64,000 nucleotides of DNA from Euglena gracilis. Lineage: Eukaryota. The stretch's first letter is position 1. Every line of letters begins with the position of its first letter. A model generated the notes under the pieces. The model made no database searches. It was not told the origin of the DNA and saw only the letters and a program-made list of their open reading frames with translations. The translations under genes were made by a program, and so were the position numbers. Location of the stretch: assembly GCA_039621445.1 (NCBI GenBank), contig CP154954.1:33763737-33827736 (forward strand), given 5' to 3'. Shown here one piece after another: positions 51,879 to 64,000 of the stretch.

Positions 51879-52359
51879 GTTTTATATATAAACCGGAAAT
51901 AAACTGGAATAGAAATTGTCAGAATATCCAGAATATTCCGGAATTTCCGTGAAAAAAGCGCAGTGGAAAGTATGAAACATTTTCATGTAAAGGTGGCTTT
52001 TTGCGCTTTATTTGACTGCCAACGCTCCATTAAAGGTGGCCAAAAAGCTGCCAGAAGTGGAATCTGACAGGAGATCCGGGTTCCACCATTCATAGGGTTT
52101 GGACAGCCCTGGGGTCTTCCGGTTGGAAAAAAATATATCTGGCACTTCGCACCGATCTGAAAACGGGTTTTAACCTTTTTTTTTTTGCTAATCTTGTTCC
52201 AAAAATGCCAGGTTTCTGTGATCAGCTGGTGCGAAACTGGGAAAACCATTCCGCAAAATGGGGTTGCAAGAGTTTCCACTAGAAATTGCACTGCCCAGCT
52301 TTGGACTTGCTACAACCCAGCTTCTCAGGGTTTGCAACTCCTTAAGCAAAGACCTGACC

Positions 52360-52403
<44 letters not shown>

Positions 52404-52734
52404 GCTCAGCTCCCAGTGTTTTGGACATGGGCGACCACCCATGCTCCTCCTCACCAGGAAAAAATTGTCGTCGCCGCCTGGGTTGCTTGCAGCAGTGGGA
52501 GTATCGATATACAAAATGTTTTCTCAGGCTGGGCAGATGTATAATTTTTTAAAAAATAATCAACGGGGACAGAAAGAATTTACAGGCCACCACCCACCCA
52601 CCTACCCGCACGCATACACTCATGCATGCAATACCCACACACGTACACTCATGCATATGATACCCACACACATGCCCACACACACACCAAACAAAACAAA
52701 CACACACCACACAGTAACACCATCACACAACACA

Positions 52735-55700
52735 CCCAGCGCGGCTTCCTGCACCTCGAAGATGGGCGACCATCGCCCTTCCTCAGCAGGCTCAACAGGG
52801 GAGTAAATCGCTGGGGAGGATGGAGCCAGGGGGTCCTCGTCGTCGTCATCCAGCACCATGATGGGGATGGGTCGCACGGGCTGTGTTCGAGATGCCGGTT
52901 GCTGTTGGGAGGAAGAGAGGGATGTAGGCACGGCAAGAAAAGGCTGAGGTGTGCCGGTTGGGCACTGTTCAGCAGCCGCAGAGCACTCGTGCACACAGCT
53001 CAAGGCTCACAGGCACACAGGTCAACAAGACAGAGATTCACATGCGTCCGCATGAGTGGTTTAGTGCTTTGATACCTAAATACCATTTTTTTGGATTTGG
53101 TGGATGGCACGGACTTATACAGGACACGCCTGAGAATGCTGCCGAAGGAACGTATCGATGGAGGCACGGGATGCGCCGTGATCCCCAGAGTCTGAATCCG
53201 AGTCCGATGCTGCACACAGCCTTTGTCGCCCTGCAGGCACCCCTGGGGGTCTGGCTGCAGACTTCTTCCACCTCATTCCAGGTTTCCCATTGGGTGCGGT
53301 TGGGGTAAAAAATCTTCAAATTCCAAATTCTTCTCAACCCCAACCCAAACCCTCACCCTCACCCAACTTCGGTCCACATGCGGTTCATTTTGCTGGGAAA
53401 ACCACGGAAATCAAGGGAATGGGGGGGGAGCTAACTATGCATATCCTTTGTGCCGGGCAGGGGTTGTGCTAGACACATCTTCCTCATCACATACTTATTA
53501 TCATCCTTACCACATCACTTATCCGTGCTTGGGGGGAGATGGCTGTTGCCGATGCAATTGATTCTGACCCTCCCCCCAAAAAGGTGTTGTGGTCGAGATC
53601 ATGATTGCCGCTTCGTCGTGGCGGGTGGAGTGTGTTCTCTCCTGCGCTGCCACCTGCCACACGGCGAAAGGGTATGTGGCACGGACGCTCCTGCGTCCAG
53701 TGTCCCCGGCCACCCATTCAGGTTGACCGTGGACCCCCAAAGGCATACAGCTGCCGCGCACGGACGGGATGTGAACGGGTGAGGCGGGGGGGGGCACCGG
53801 CTGCTCGGCGGCCGCCACCGTGCTTTCGATGTTGGCGAGGGTGGTGAGGGAAAGCACCTGCACCCAGCGCGGCTCCACGCACCGCGGCCGAGGGCCTCGC
53901 CGAGAGGGGGGGGGGCTCAAGGGGCCAACCTCCTTCCCGTCCCATCACAGTTGCCGCCTAGGGCCCAAAATGGAACTTTGGGATTCCTCAAAAGCTCGCT
54001 TGCTTGCCCATCATTGATGTGGATGAGCAAATCCATAAGAACCCCCCCCTGCCATAATTGCCCCCGGGGTGCCCCAGACCAGACACGTGCCAAAACTGGA
54101 CTGGGAGGAGGGCCCCGAGCATGAGTGGTAAAGGTCCGCGTACTTCGCCCACGGCCGCAGACAGGAGCAGGCCAGCGCTGCTGGCAGGCACGGGCGATGG
54201 CACCCACCACGCCCCCCTCCCCACTGCTGTCCGCCCCTGTCCACCCCCTCCCCCTGGAGCCGGGCCTGGCCTCCAGGCCGGGGGCGAAGAGGGAGGCGTA
54301 GACGGGGTGGGTGTGCACAACGAGGGTGTCCAGCAGGATCCTGATGGGGGAGGCAGTCCCATTGAGCACCCGGGTAGACCCCACCGTCCTGGTTTGGTGT
54401 TCCCACACAAAATGTTGCCCCGACGTTCTGGATGAACAAATGCGAGGGGAATTTGGGGTTACCACAAGGAGTAAGGGAATTGATAGGGGAAGCCCCACCC
54501 AAGCGAAGATTTGCGAAAATTTTTCGTAAAACTGCATTGTTCTTGATGGGATTCTGCCGTTGGGGGCACCTCGGCCCAACCTTAAACGGCTGGGAACATC
54601 CGAGAGATTCCGAAAAAATGCAATTCTGAGACCTTCATACCTTGTGGCATAATCAAAACTCTCACACGGATTATTGTCCATTTTCACAGAAATATTCAGG
54701 GTAAAGATCCTGGGTCACAAAATCCTAGAAAATGGTCTGGTGCTTCTGTTGTCACAGTACAGTTATTCTTCCATATTGGACAAAATACTCTGTAAAGCTT
54801 CAAATTAACATTGGAACTTGGCGCTGTACAGGCCAAATGAACACAATTAGCAGGCTTCCATTTTGGGGTTTCCCCGCATTGGCTCGAATGATAATGTTTT
54901 TTGGTTTAATGTTTATGTTTGTTGTACCTGACAAATCAAAAACAGCCACCCACCTCAAATAGGCTTTGCCGCAGTGCAAATGGCAGGACACATGGTGGGC
55001 ATGCAGGAGCACCCGGGGTCACACACCAGGCCGCCAGGCGCGCCAGGGGGGTGGGGGCCCCGCGGACGCGCTCCTCCACAAGGGCCACCACCTCCCCGGC
55101 CCACTGCGGGGCCAGCGCCCCGCCGGCCTTGGCGACCCGGATGATGGCGGCAGACCGTCGCGGGGGTTGGGAAGGGAGGCGGGGCCCAGGCTGGAGGTGA
55201 CCCCCCCCCCGCGTGCCCGGGGGTGCCGGGACAGGCAGGCACCCCTCTGCACCTCTCTCTCCCCTGGGGTGGGGTCGGGGCCTGCCTGGTTGTGGCCCAA
55301 AAAAGTGCCAGAAATGGACTCTTCTGGAATTGCCTTGACTGTGTGCCCAGGCACTTCTGGCCATAAGCCCAACCCCCCCCCCCCCAGGTGCAGATCTGGG
55401 TGCTTTGGAATGCCTACCCCCTTGGGGGACCTCAAAATTCAGCCTGTTGGGGATCCCACCTGCCTGCCGGGATCAGGCCGTATTTTACCAACCCCGGAGG
55501 GGGGGGTCCAGCGTGCCTATGAGTGCCTGCCCAGGCAGGCACTACCCCCCCCCCCTGCGAGGGGGTCGGATTTCGGCCTGCGCCCAGGCACATTCCTTTG
55601 AAAATAGGCCATTTTTGGCTCCCGGCGACTTCGGCGGCGGGTCTGTGCTAGGGCACTTTTGGCCGTGTGTCCGACCCCCCCCCCCCCCAGGGGGTTCGGA

Positions 55701-58312
55701 TATGGAGTGCCTTGGAGTGCCTGCCCAGGCAGGCCCCCCCCGGGGTGGGGTCGGCACCTGACTAAAATACAGCCTGGCTGGGATGGCAGGAGGTCCCAAC
55801 CATCTGAATCACGGCACATGTAAATGAGATGTGTTGATTAACAAAAAAAATCTAACAGGCGCGCACAGACGATGAGCGCACAGACGGCGAGCACAGGTGC
55901 TCATCGCCTGTGCGTGCTGGTTTCGTTTGGAGGGAACAGAAAAGCAAATTCCCAAACACCCAAGATGAGGTTTCCTGAGCCTCCCCATGCGTGGGGATAA
56001 GCATGTTTTGGGCCGGGCCGGGTTGGACATGACAGGATTTGCTGCGAACCCAGGGGGCAAAATCTGGGAACAAAAATTTGAAAGGACATGCAAGCTGAAC
56101 CTCCTGGAAGGCCAAAGATCAGCCACATGTGGTAAATCATCAGGGCAAACAAAGTTGGGGATTCGCATTCAAAGAAGGGACAAGCCTTGGGTAGAAAAGC
56201 ATTCACATATCGCCCAAACCCCAGACAAAAAAAATAACGGACAAAGGGGATAATATTTTGATAGCACATTGAGCAGATGGATGCTTGTGTGCGTTGCGTT
56301 AAACTTTGTGAGTGTTTACACGGGAGCACGAAACCGAATCGCATCCAATTGACACCGGGAGACCAACTGCCTGGCCAGTCTCACATGGATCCGGCCGCCG
56401 CAACGCGAAGAGGTCCTGCCGGAAGGCGTCCAGAGAACCCGGCGGCGCGGCCATCACCCCGGGAAGAGGGTGTGGGGCAACATGGGGCGGGGGAAGAGCT
56501 CTGACCCCCCTGGCGGCGCAGAGCAGACCGTCAACGTTGGTTGGGGCAATCCGGGCAACGGAATCGGGGCCACCGCCAAAAATAGGGATATCTGAGGATG
56601 CAGTGGCGCCAGGACCATACCCGGGGCAGGCCAGCCATTTGGGTGGGTGGGCGCACCCGTTCCGAAGGCAAACCAAACCGTCGTCCCGTTTCGACCCATG
56701 GCAGGCTGTCCCGGGAGCCTCGATTCTCATTCTCGTTGCCTCCAAATGTGCCACAGGGGTAAAACTTTTGGGATGTAACAAAAACGGTTGGGTAGTACAG
56801 ATTCCTGGTCAAAGAAACAGAGACATGTGTTTGATAGCAAAACGTTATCCACATTGGTTTGTTTGGCTGCCTCCCATTCCCGAGTGGGGTTGACCCCCAG
56901 GCCCCCCCCCCCTGCATTGTATGCCCCCCTGTAAAAGTGGTGTCCAGGGGTATGGGCGCAGAGCCGGAAAGACCAGACGGAGAGAGAGACCTGGCAACTG
57001 GTCCCTTGGCTGGTATTGCGCTGGATCTAAAACGTGGTGCCCCCCACGCACAAGGAGGGTTCACCACAGGAGAATTTCAGCTGGAAAATAATACATGTTG
57101 AAAATAGAAAAAGGTGGTGGGCAGCGCTCGCCGTCCCCCACCCCAGGTAGATAGCCAGGTTTCCTGCTCACCCTGGCTTTTTATCTGGAGAATAAATCCA
57201 TAAATCAAAAAATTGAGAAGACAGAATAAACACAAGAGTGTAAAGGGGCTGTATGCATGACCGCCCTCCCAGCACCTCTGAGCTTGAACTACAACTTCAT
57301 TGGCAAATTCACATTGAAACAATTTGCTATTCTGCTGAGGGAACTCAACCACAAAACCAGATATATGAGTTGCCTGTACCATCCAATTACGCAATTTTCT
57401 GGGAGGGTTGGGAAGCCATCTCTCTCCCTGCCCTTCTTGAGAGACCACAATGCAACCCCCCTTGGCAAAACGGCTGTGCTGTGAAATCGAGGTGGAGCCG
57501 TGTCCGTTGCCTCGTGTCTGTTGGCGAGGGGTGGCGGAGTGCGAGTGCGATTGGACACCGGATGGCACCTTGCTGCGGGGCCGTGCACAGCGTGGAGAGT
57601 GTGGAGGGGCGAATGTGCTGTGAACTGGACAGAGAGTTCGGGTTCGGGCGTCGCAGGCATACTGAAGAAAGAAGTGCAGGCGCTCGGGCGGGTGGATGAC
57701 AGGCAGTTCAGTCACCAAGCGGACTTCCGTCAAATGCATTTGTGCATCTCAAACCATTTTTCATTAATTGTGGAATGCGCCATCAATGCAGTAGAGACAG
57801 GGACATGGGTAAAGGGCTTGTTTTTGGGCGGCGGCCAACTGCGCGGATCCAGAGTTCAGCCATCAAACCAATCACTGGGCCAGATTGGAACCAGTCCAAA
57901 AATCCACCGACCCCGTCCCACTCTCTGACACTCTCTGACGGCTCTGGGACCCAGGGGGTCCCAGAGCAGTGGAGGCGAGTGGTTCAGGGGGCAAGCCCAC
58001 TGGCCGTTCGACGCTATGAGTGAAACGCGACAGGTGGGCGCGGGCGGCGAAGGGGACCGAATAGTACAAGTGAGACACACACGGAAGGAGCAACGGTGCC
58101 GGCGTCCCGCCTCGAAAGCCACGATGGTGGACCCCACCCAAGAGCAGGGGGGAGGGCCTGCCTGTTTGGGGGATAAAACATTTGCTCCCGCTGGTGGGAA
58201 AGCGTCCAAAGCAGGGGTTTTCTTAAGGACCCCCCCCCGGGGGGTCCAGCGTCCGGCTGGCAAAAAGGCTGCTGGCTGGAAATGAGCTGCTGGCTGGACC
58301 CCCCGGGGGATA

Positions 58313-58349
<37 letters not shown>

Positions 58350-59024
58350 GGGCTGGGTCGATGAAAACCAAAATTTTCTAAAGCATTTTTGCCATTTTCG
58401 AAATTTTGATGGATGGAGCTAGGTGAAGGCTGTGATTGGTTGAGCTCTCTGATTGGGAAGCTGTGATGAGGGGAAAAAATGCAGGCATAGGTGAGTTGGG
58501 CAGCCCAGTTGGCTGGCCGGCCTGCGACCGGCTGGCCTGGCTCCAGCCGGGCTGGACCCGACTTTATTTCACTCGACCCCCCCCCCCCGGGGGGGGCTCC
58601 CAGCCCGAATTTGGGCTGCTGGCTGGAATTGAGCTGCTGGCTGGCTGGACCCCCCCCCCGGGGGGTAGGGTACCCTCCGGCTTAAGAAAACCCCTGGTCC
58701 AAAGTGTTTGGGGGTTCCATCCAGATCGGAGGCGGCCCACCAGACAGGCCGTCAGGGGGCCGCGTTCCACACCGCCTTGAACCTCGCCAGCTCTGCGTCC
58801 AGGTCCACGCCCTCCCCCCGCGGCCGCTCCGCCTCCCCGTCCGCCGCCGCCCCCGCCGCCCCCGGGCCCTCCGGCGCCGGCTCCGGCCGGGCGGGGCTGG
58901 GCTCGGCCTCGGCGGGCTCCGGCCGCTGGTCCGGGTCGGTGAGGCCGAAGGAGAACGTGTCGTTGGCGTTCTTGTTGCCGAACGGGAAGAGGGTGGGGCC
59001 CACGGCGGCCGGGGCCCGTGCCAT
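52735..59024 (-). CDS. Multi-exon gene region with a CID (RPR/Pcf11-like CTD-interacting) domain followed by an acidic low-complexity segment
   Basis: First exon MARAPAAVG... from 59024. Exons ~55160-55027, 54340-54272 and 54179-~54120 splice (GT-AG, then non-conventional 54271-54180) to SAAIIRVAKAGGALAPQWAGEVVALVEERVRGAPTPLARLAAWILLDTLVVHTHPVYASLFAPGLEALACSCLRPWAKY. A following exon reads RWVQVLSLTTLANIE. The pattern resembles CID helices (A.EIV.LIE....AP...KL...YLLDSIV). The last exon seen ends at a GT donor at ~52734 without a stop. Confidence 0.6.
54180..54271 (-). other. Non-conventional intron, 92 bp
   Basis: ggcCAGgcccgg...ccgtgcCTGccagc; removal gives PGLEALAC. Confidence 0.78.
55380..55775. 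mobile_element. MITE family with GAGTGCCTGCCCAGGCAGGC repeats; second copy at ~23760-24030
   Basis: Shared TGGAATGCCT, GGAGTGCCTGCCCAGGCAGGCCCCCC and terminal AAAATxCAGCCTG. Confidence 0.65.
58212..58696. mobile_element. hAT-like MITE, 16-bp perfect TIR, 8-bp TSD (intronic)
   Basis: CAGGGGTTTTCTTAAG / CTTAAGAAAACCCCTG; TSD GTCCAAAG at 58204-58211 and 58697-58704. Confidence 0.96.
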
Positions 59025-59180
59025 CCTTTAGCCGGCGGGGCGGGGGGGGGGGGGGGGGGGGAGCGGCCTCCTGCTACCGTTGAGGAATGCTTGTGAGCAG
59101 CCTCGAAGCGACCCTTTGGGGATGCTGACAAACTCCCTCGGGTGACGATGAAGGATGGGTCCAGCGGGGTGGGGCCTTGG

Positions 59181-59664
59181 CAGGGATGGATGGGAAGCCT
59201 TGAGGGGGGGGGGGGGGGGTCGGACCCCCCCCCGCAACGGAGGGGGGGGGGGGTGGGTTGGACCCTCCCCTCCTACCTCGAAACTGAGGGGGGGCCGAAA
59301 TTTTTTCGATTTCATGGACGGGCAAAGGGCCGGAAATCGGGTCGGAATCGGTCAAAAACCCCTGATTTTTCTTTGAAAATCGATCCAAAAATGCTCGTTT
59401 TTTTAATTTTTTTGAACATGTTTTTGAGGGAAAACACCAACACATCAAAAAATGGTCAATATGGCCAAAAGTCAGCGGGGGGGGTGTTTTTTGCTCATTT
59501 TCCGGCGCGCAGCGCCGGAAAAAAATTTTCTGCTATTTTTGGCACCTGTCGAGGAGGGGGGGGTGGGGGGTCCGGACCCCCCTCCCAACATCTAGGGGGG
59601 GGGGGGGGTCCGGACCCCCCCCTACCACCTACCTCAATACCGAAGGGCTTCCCATCCATCCCTG
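59181..59664. mobile_element. hAT-like MITE, 19-bp perfect TIR, 8-bp TSD
   Basis: CAGGGATGGATGGGAAGCC / GGCTTCCCATCCATCCCTG; TSD GGCCTTGG at 59173-59180 and 59665-59672. The TIR starts like maize Ac (CAGGGATG). Confidence 0.96.
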
Positions 59665-60958
59665 GGCCTTGGGGTCCTGGGGGGAAACCGGCCATCGCTT
59701 GCTGGTTCCGTGCAACTGTCTGCGGGGTCCCAAAATAAAAAGGATCCCTTGTGTACACGCGCAACTGTGAAAAGTGCAATGTGTGCCAATGTGTGCTATG
59801 TTTACAAAATTGTACAAATGGTTGGTTTTTGCAAATGCAAAAACAGAGTCTTTGGTCGATTTGCGCATCTGCACACAACAACCACTTGTGAAAATTAATA
59901 CACGTGCCATTTAGAGGGCGTGGCACCACTGCAGTTTGGAAATCCTTCAGTGCGAGATAAACACAACTAAAGGACGCCTGCGGGCCCGAATTTGGGCATT
60001 GGCAATTGAAACTGTGAAAAAATATTTCTTAGCCCCTGGAACCTCAAAATAAACAACGTTTTCAGGTTTTATCAGGAAAAGCTAAGTTTAGAAGTGCCCT
60101 TCACCCCCAGTATTTAGTCCGAAAATGAGGCACAATTTATTGGCTGAAGATATATAGATGTGTCTGCTGACTTGAAAATCCCCGTGTTCAAGGGGCCCAA
60201 AAATGCAACACACTCACACACTTTATTTGACCTTCTCAGACACACCTTACAACACCACCACTTTAAGCACAACACCTCAACAATCTGCTCTCCTCCTGTT
60301 TCGATTATTTTCTTGTCTCAGAAGGCCCTGTTGCCAAGGCCTCAAAATGAAAAATAGTTTTGGTTGGTTCCCACAATTGTGAAAAACAACCATTTTAATG
60401 GTTAATGTGCGCAATTGCACACACCAACTGCCCAAAAATACCAGCATTCAACAGGGGTCCAGAACCACAGAAATACAAAGGGGGTAATACCACAGCGTTG
60501 CCACACTCATTTTCCAGCTCCAAATACATTGTTTATGTGGCATGTGGACTTCCACTCCTTTTGTAACCAAATTCCAAAATCTCCACAACGTGGAGCAAAA
60601 CTGACTTAAAAAAGCACAAAGGGGTGGACCTGCAACCCACCTCCAGAGCACCACCTCGCGTTGGCAGTTGCCACACAGGGAATGGGGGGAGGCGGTTGTC
60701 AGTGTTTTTTCACTTTGGGGGATAGGTCCGGGGGTTTTTGTGTAATTCCGACCCCCCCAAAAAACAGCAAAAAAAAAACACGTAATTCCCGGGAGAGCCA
60801 GGGCCAAAAATGACAATCCGCTCATATTTTGTCCAATCCTGCTCCCTCTCGCTCTCACCCTTTGTAACGCCGACGCTCAAAATGGTTTTTGGTCGGTTTG
60901 CGAAAATGCGCAAATAGACCAAAAAATAGCTTAAATGTGCAATCTGAGAAATGCCGGG

Positions 60959-63150
60959 TCACCCTGGGGCGGGCATCACGATGTTGGAGCCGAACGGTGC
61001 GGCGGTGCCCGCGGTGGCAGTCGCCTCCGTGGACTGCGCCGAAGGCCCAAACGGCATGGCGGGGGCGCAGGGCCGCCATTTGCAGGGGGAGGGGGGCCCC
61101 CGACCCATGCCGACGGCACAGCATGGCATGCCACATCGGGGGTCCGACGGACACAACCGTGCAAAGTGGAGAGAGAATTGTCTGTGTGAATGAGCCCACA
61201 GCCCCCACTCCCAGCTCCAGGTCGGAGACCCCATACGCCCATACATCGAGACACCCGTGCACCCATCCACCGGGTGTTGTGTATCCGGCGGCAGCGCCGA
61301 CCCCAGACCCCCACCACCGCTGACCCTAAAGGCGTCGGATGGCGGGCTCTGTGCGGAGGCGGCCGCGTTGCTGGGGCCGTCCGCCCGCCGCTCCCCGGCC
61401 TCGCCGCCCTCCCCCTTTGGCCGCCCGAACGTGTCGCCGGAGACGTGGTCGAAGGGGGTGCTCTGGGAGGCGCTGCGCTTGGCGCCCGAGCCCCCGAAGG
61501 GCGACTCTGCGTGGAAGGAGGGGAGGGTGGGGATCAGGGCATCCCTTAACGACCCACTCGGACGGGTTCAACTCAGAGGATAGAAATTTTGAGACGGCTG
61601 GGAAAAGGCTGCTGGCTGACCCCCCCCCCATAGTGGTCCCCCACCTGGAACTGGGCCTTACAAGGGGTCAAACCTGGATAACCCCCCCCCCCCAAATATA
61701 ACCCCCTCTGGGGGCCTTGAAATTCCACCCAAATGTAAAACCCCCGGACGGAAAAATCCAATAATTTCATCATTTTGTGACAGCATTTGGTCATGATTTT
61801 GACAATTTTTCCAAAAAATGGTCACAAGCTGTATTTCACCATAAAAAAATGGTGAAATTTAATCAAAATGGGGCGCAAAAATGCAAAAACACGCTTTGGT
61901 CACGGAAGTTTGATTTTCCTGCCCAAACATAAAATACCCCAAATATAAAGCCCCCCTCAGGTGTTGAAATTCCCACAAAATATGATACCGGGGGGTATAT
62001 TTGAGGGGGGTTGCCCTAAAACTAAAACTGGAAAAAAAAATGCCTCAAAAACTGCCAATTAGATGATAAAAATCGATTTTGGACTTAAAAATTGAGCTGG
62101 GCAGCCCTTTTCTGACTCATTTTTGCCCATTTTTGGCCCATTTTTGCAACTCCGAAAGCAAAAAGTCAGTTACCATCCAGTGGCCCTTTTGGGCGGCTGG
62201 AAATAAATGCACTCGTCGATGGCCAGGGAAGGAGTTTGGATGGAAAAAGGCTGCTGGCTGGCTGGACCCCCCCCCCCTGGGGGATGGGGTGCCCTTTGAC
62301 TTCAGAAACACTCTGGTGGGGAGAGGAGCCACCCAATGAGTTCTGTAAACCGAGAATGCCTCAAGCAAGGTTGCTGTCTGAAAAATAAATACAAATGGTT
62401 TAAAAACCATTTAAGCCTCCACCAGGGCGAAGCAGCAATCAGAAAGGTGTTCGCTTCATGGGGAGTCATCTGAATAAAAATCTCCGGAACCAAGCGCCAA
62501 TCAAATCATTCACCCACCCACAGGCAATTCCGCAAATGAAACGGGAACGTTGACCAGATGGCGGTTCTTCAGAGGCGGTCCACAAGCCCCCCCCCAGACC
62601 AGCGTTGGGACCGCCCTGCCGACCGCAGCGCTGTTCCGCGCGGCGGGCCGCGTGGGCAGCCGCGCGGCGCGCCGGGGCACACCGTCGCTCTCCAGCGGCT
62701 CCTTGCACACGTGGCGGGTGTGCCCGGTCCGCCGGCAGCGCGTGCAGAAGATCTCCCGCGGGCAGTCTCCCACAGGGCGGCAGTTGAAATCTGGTGGGGG
62801 AGGTGACCAGGGCTGTGCACGAAGGCCGGGGGGGGGGGGCTGGTCAGACCCCCCACCCACCCACCCATGGGGTTGCGGGGATTCCGGTACAGCCCTGGGG
62901 GTGACCCCCCCCCGGGAGGTCAGGATGGCACTGCGCAAGGGAAAGTGCCTTTGTGCCGAAGGAAAACTTGCCCGAAAAAAAAGGCGGCCCCCTGGAAAAA
63001 AGAGATGCCCCACTCAACCAACCGCCAGCAGAGGGTTTTGGGGATTCCCGTCCGGCCCTGGTCGCGCAGGCCGTGGTCGATGCTGCCGCAGTTCCGGCAC
63101 GGCCCGTCACTGCTCGGCCCCCGCGAGGGGGAGGACGCTCGCCCTGGGAA
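60959..63150 (-). CDS. Tandem CCHC zinc-knuckle protein (3' part; multi-exon)
   Basis: Removing intron 63063-62768 gives CRNCGSIDHGLRDC-PREIF-CTRCRRTGHTRHVC, two CX2CX4HX4C motifs. Further coding-like exons lie at ~61510-61325 and ~61070-60959. Confidence 0.75.
62768..63063 (-). other. Non-conventional intron, 296 bp, splitting a zinc knuckle
   Basis: gacCAGggcc...gccCTGtggga; removal restores the fourth ligand Cys. Confidence 0.9.
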
Positions 63151-64000
63151 GGGGAGGGGGCGTTCATTCCCCTTCAACCCCTCTCAATGATGCCACAGAA
63201 ATACACACTGGGCAGGAACCTGTCCAGCGGAATGGGCTTTAACGGCGCGTTGGCCACCAAGGGAAAAACAAGAAATGTTGCGGGGTGGTTGGAACGACGA
63301 GCTGCGGAATCGATCGGCTGGTGCTGTGAGAAGGATGGCAGCACAATCCACCTCTGCGCCCCAAATAAACCTTTGGCCGATTTTGGCCCGACACCCAGAT
63401 CCAAGCAGCCCCTGATTAAATGCCCTGAAGGGCTTTTGATTGTTTGTCGTTGGAATGGAAGCGGCGTTCCAATAAAGCCAAACCCAAATACAATTCCCCA
63501 GGCCAATATTCAGAAACCCAATTAAAAGAAGCCAGTTGCTATCAGTCAGGAATGACGCATGCACATTGACACTGTTTCTTCAAAAAAAAGAGTATGGACG
63601 GGATGTGGGAACGACATACCACCATCCCGGCACACATGGTGGGTATGCCCTTTGTTTCCAGCCACCCGTGGCCGTCAAGCAAAAGCTTGCTGTTGGTGCA
63701 TTTCTGCATGGAACTAATTCTTCACTGATTAATTACTGATGGTCACTTAACCAATGAATCAATCATCGAGATGGATGGGGGTGTGGGCGGACGCCCCCAC
63801 CGGACCACCCATAGAGTTTCGGGGATTCCCATTGAGCCCCCCCCCCCCCTGCAGGGGCACACCAGGCTGGGTGGGTGGGGCTTAAAGCTGGGCCCTGGGG
63901 GCTTTAAACAGAGATGGTCGACCATCTGGTTCAACCATCCCTTCCTGGTTCCCAAATTTTAGGTATTTTTAAAAAAAAATAAGTAATTCAATTTTTCGTT

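Noticed and set aside
62690-63110. Retroviral Gag of an LTR element
   Set aside because: The zinc knuckles are split by a host-type intron, and no LTR, protease, RT or integrase is visible.

Overview
Eukaryotic, repeat-rich genomic DNA, almost certainly euglenid (Euglena-like). This inference rests on mixed GT-AG and non-conventional stem-forming introns with CAG at intron +4..+6 and CTG at -8..-6. Bases 1-~11.9 kb are a ~79-bp satellite with higher-order structure, and 13.2-18.1 kb is a 21-bp minisatellite carrying two MITE insertions. All long ORFs in these arrays are spurious. The rest holds minus-strand, multi-exon genes spliced by hand: an MFS (ZIFL/TetA-like) transporter, an archaeo-eukaryotic primase (AEP, NCLDV-like) domain gene, a CID/Pcf11-like domain region possibly belonging to the same transcript, and a tandem CCHC zinc-knuckle gene. 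Introns and intergenic DNA are packed with non-autonomous DNA transposons, some nested. The strongest signal is that the 3-nt/5-nt offsets of the non-conventional introns equal the geometry of CAG...CTG MITEs with 8-bp target-site duplications (TSDs) found intact in the same window, which suggests a MITE-to-intron ('introner') system. Family assignments come from motif recognition only; no database searches were run.
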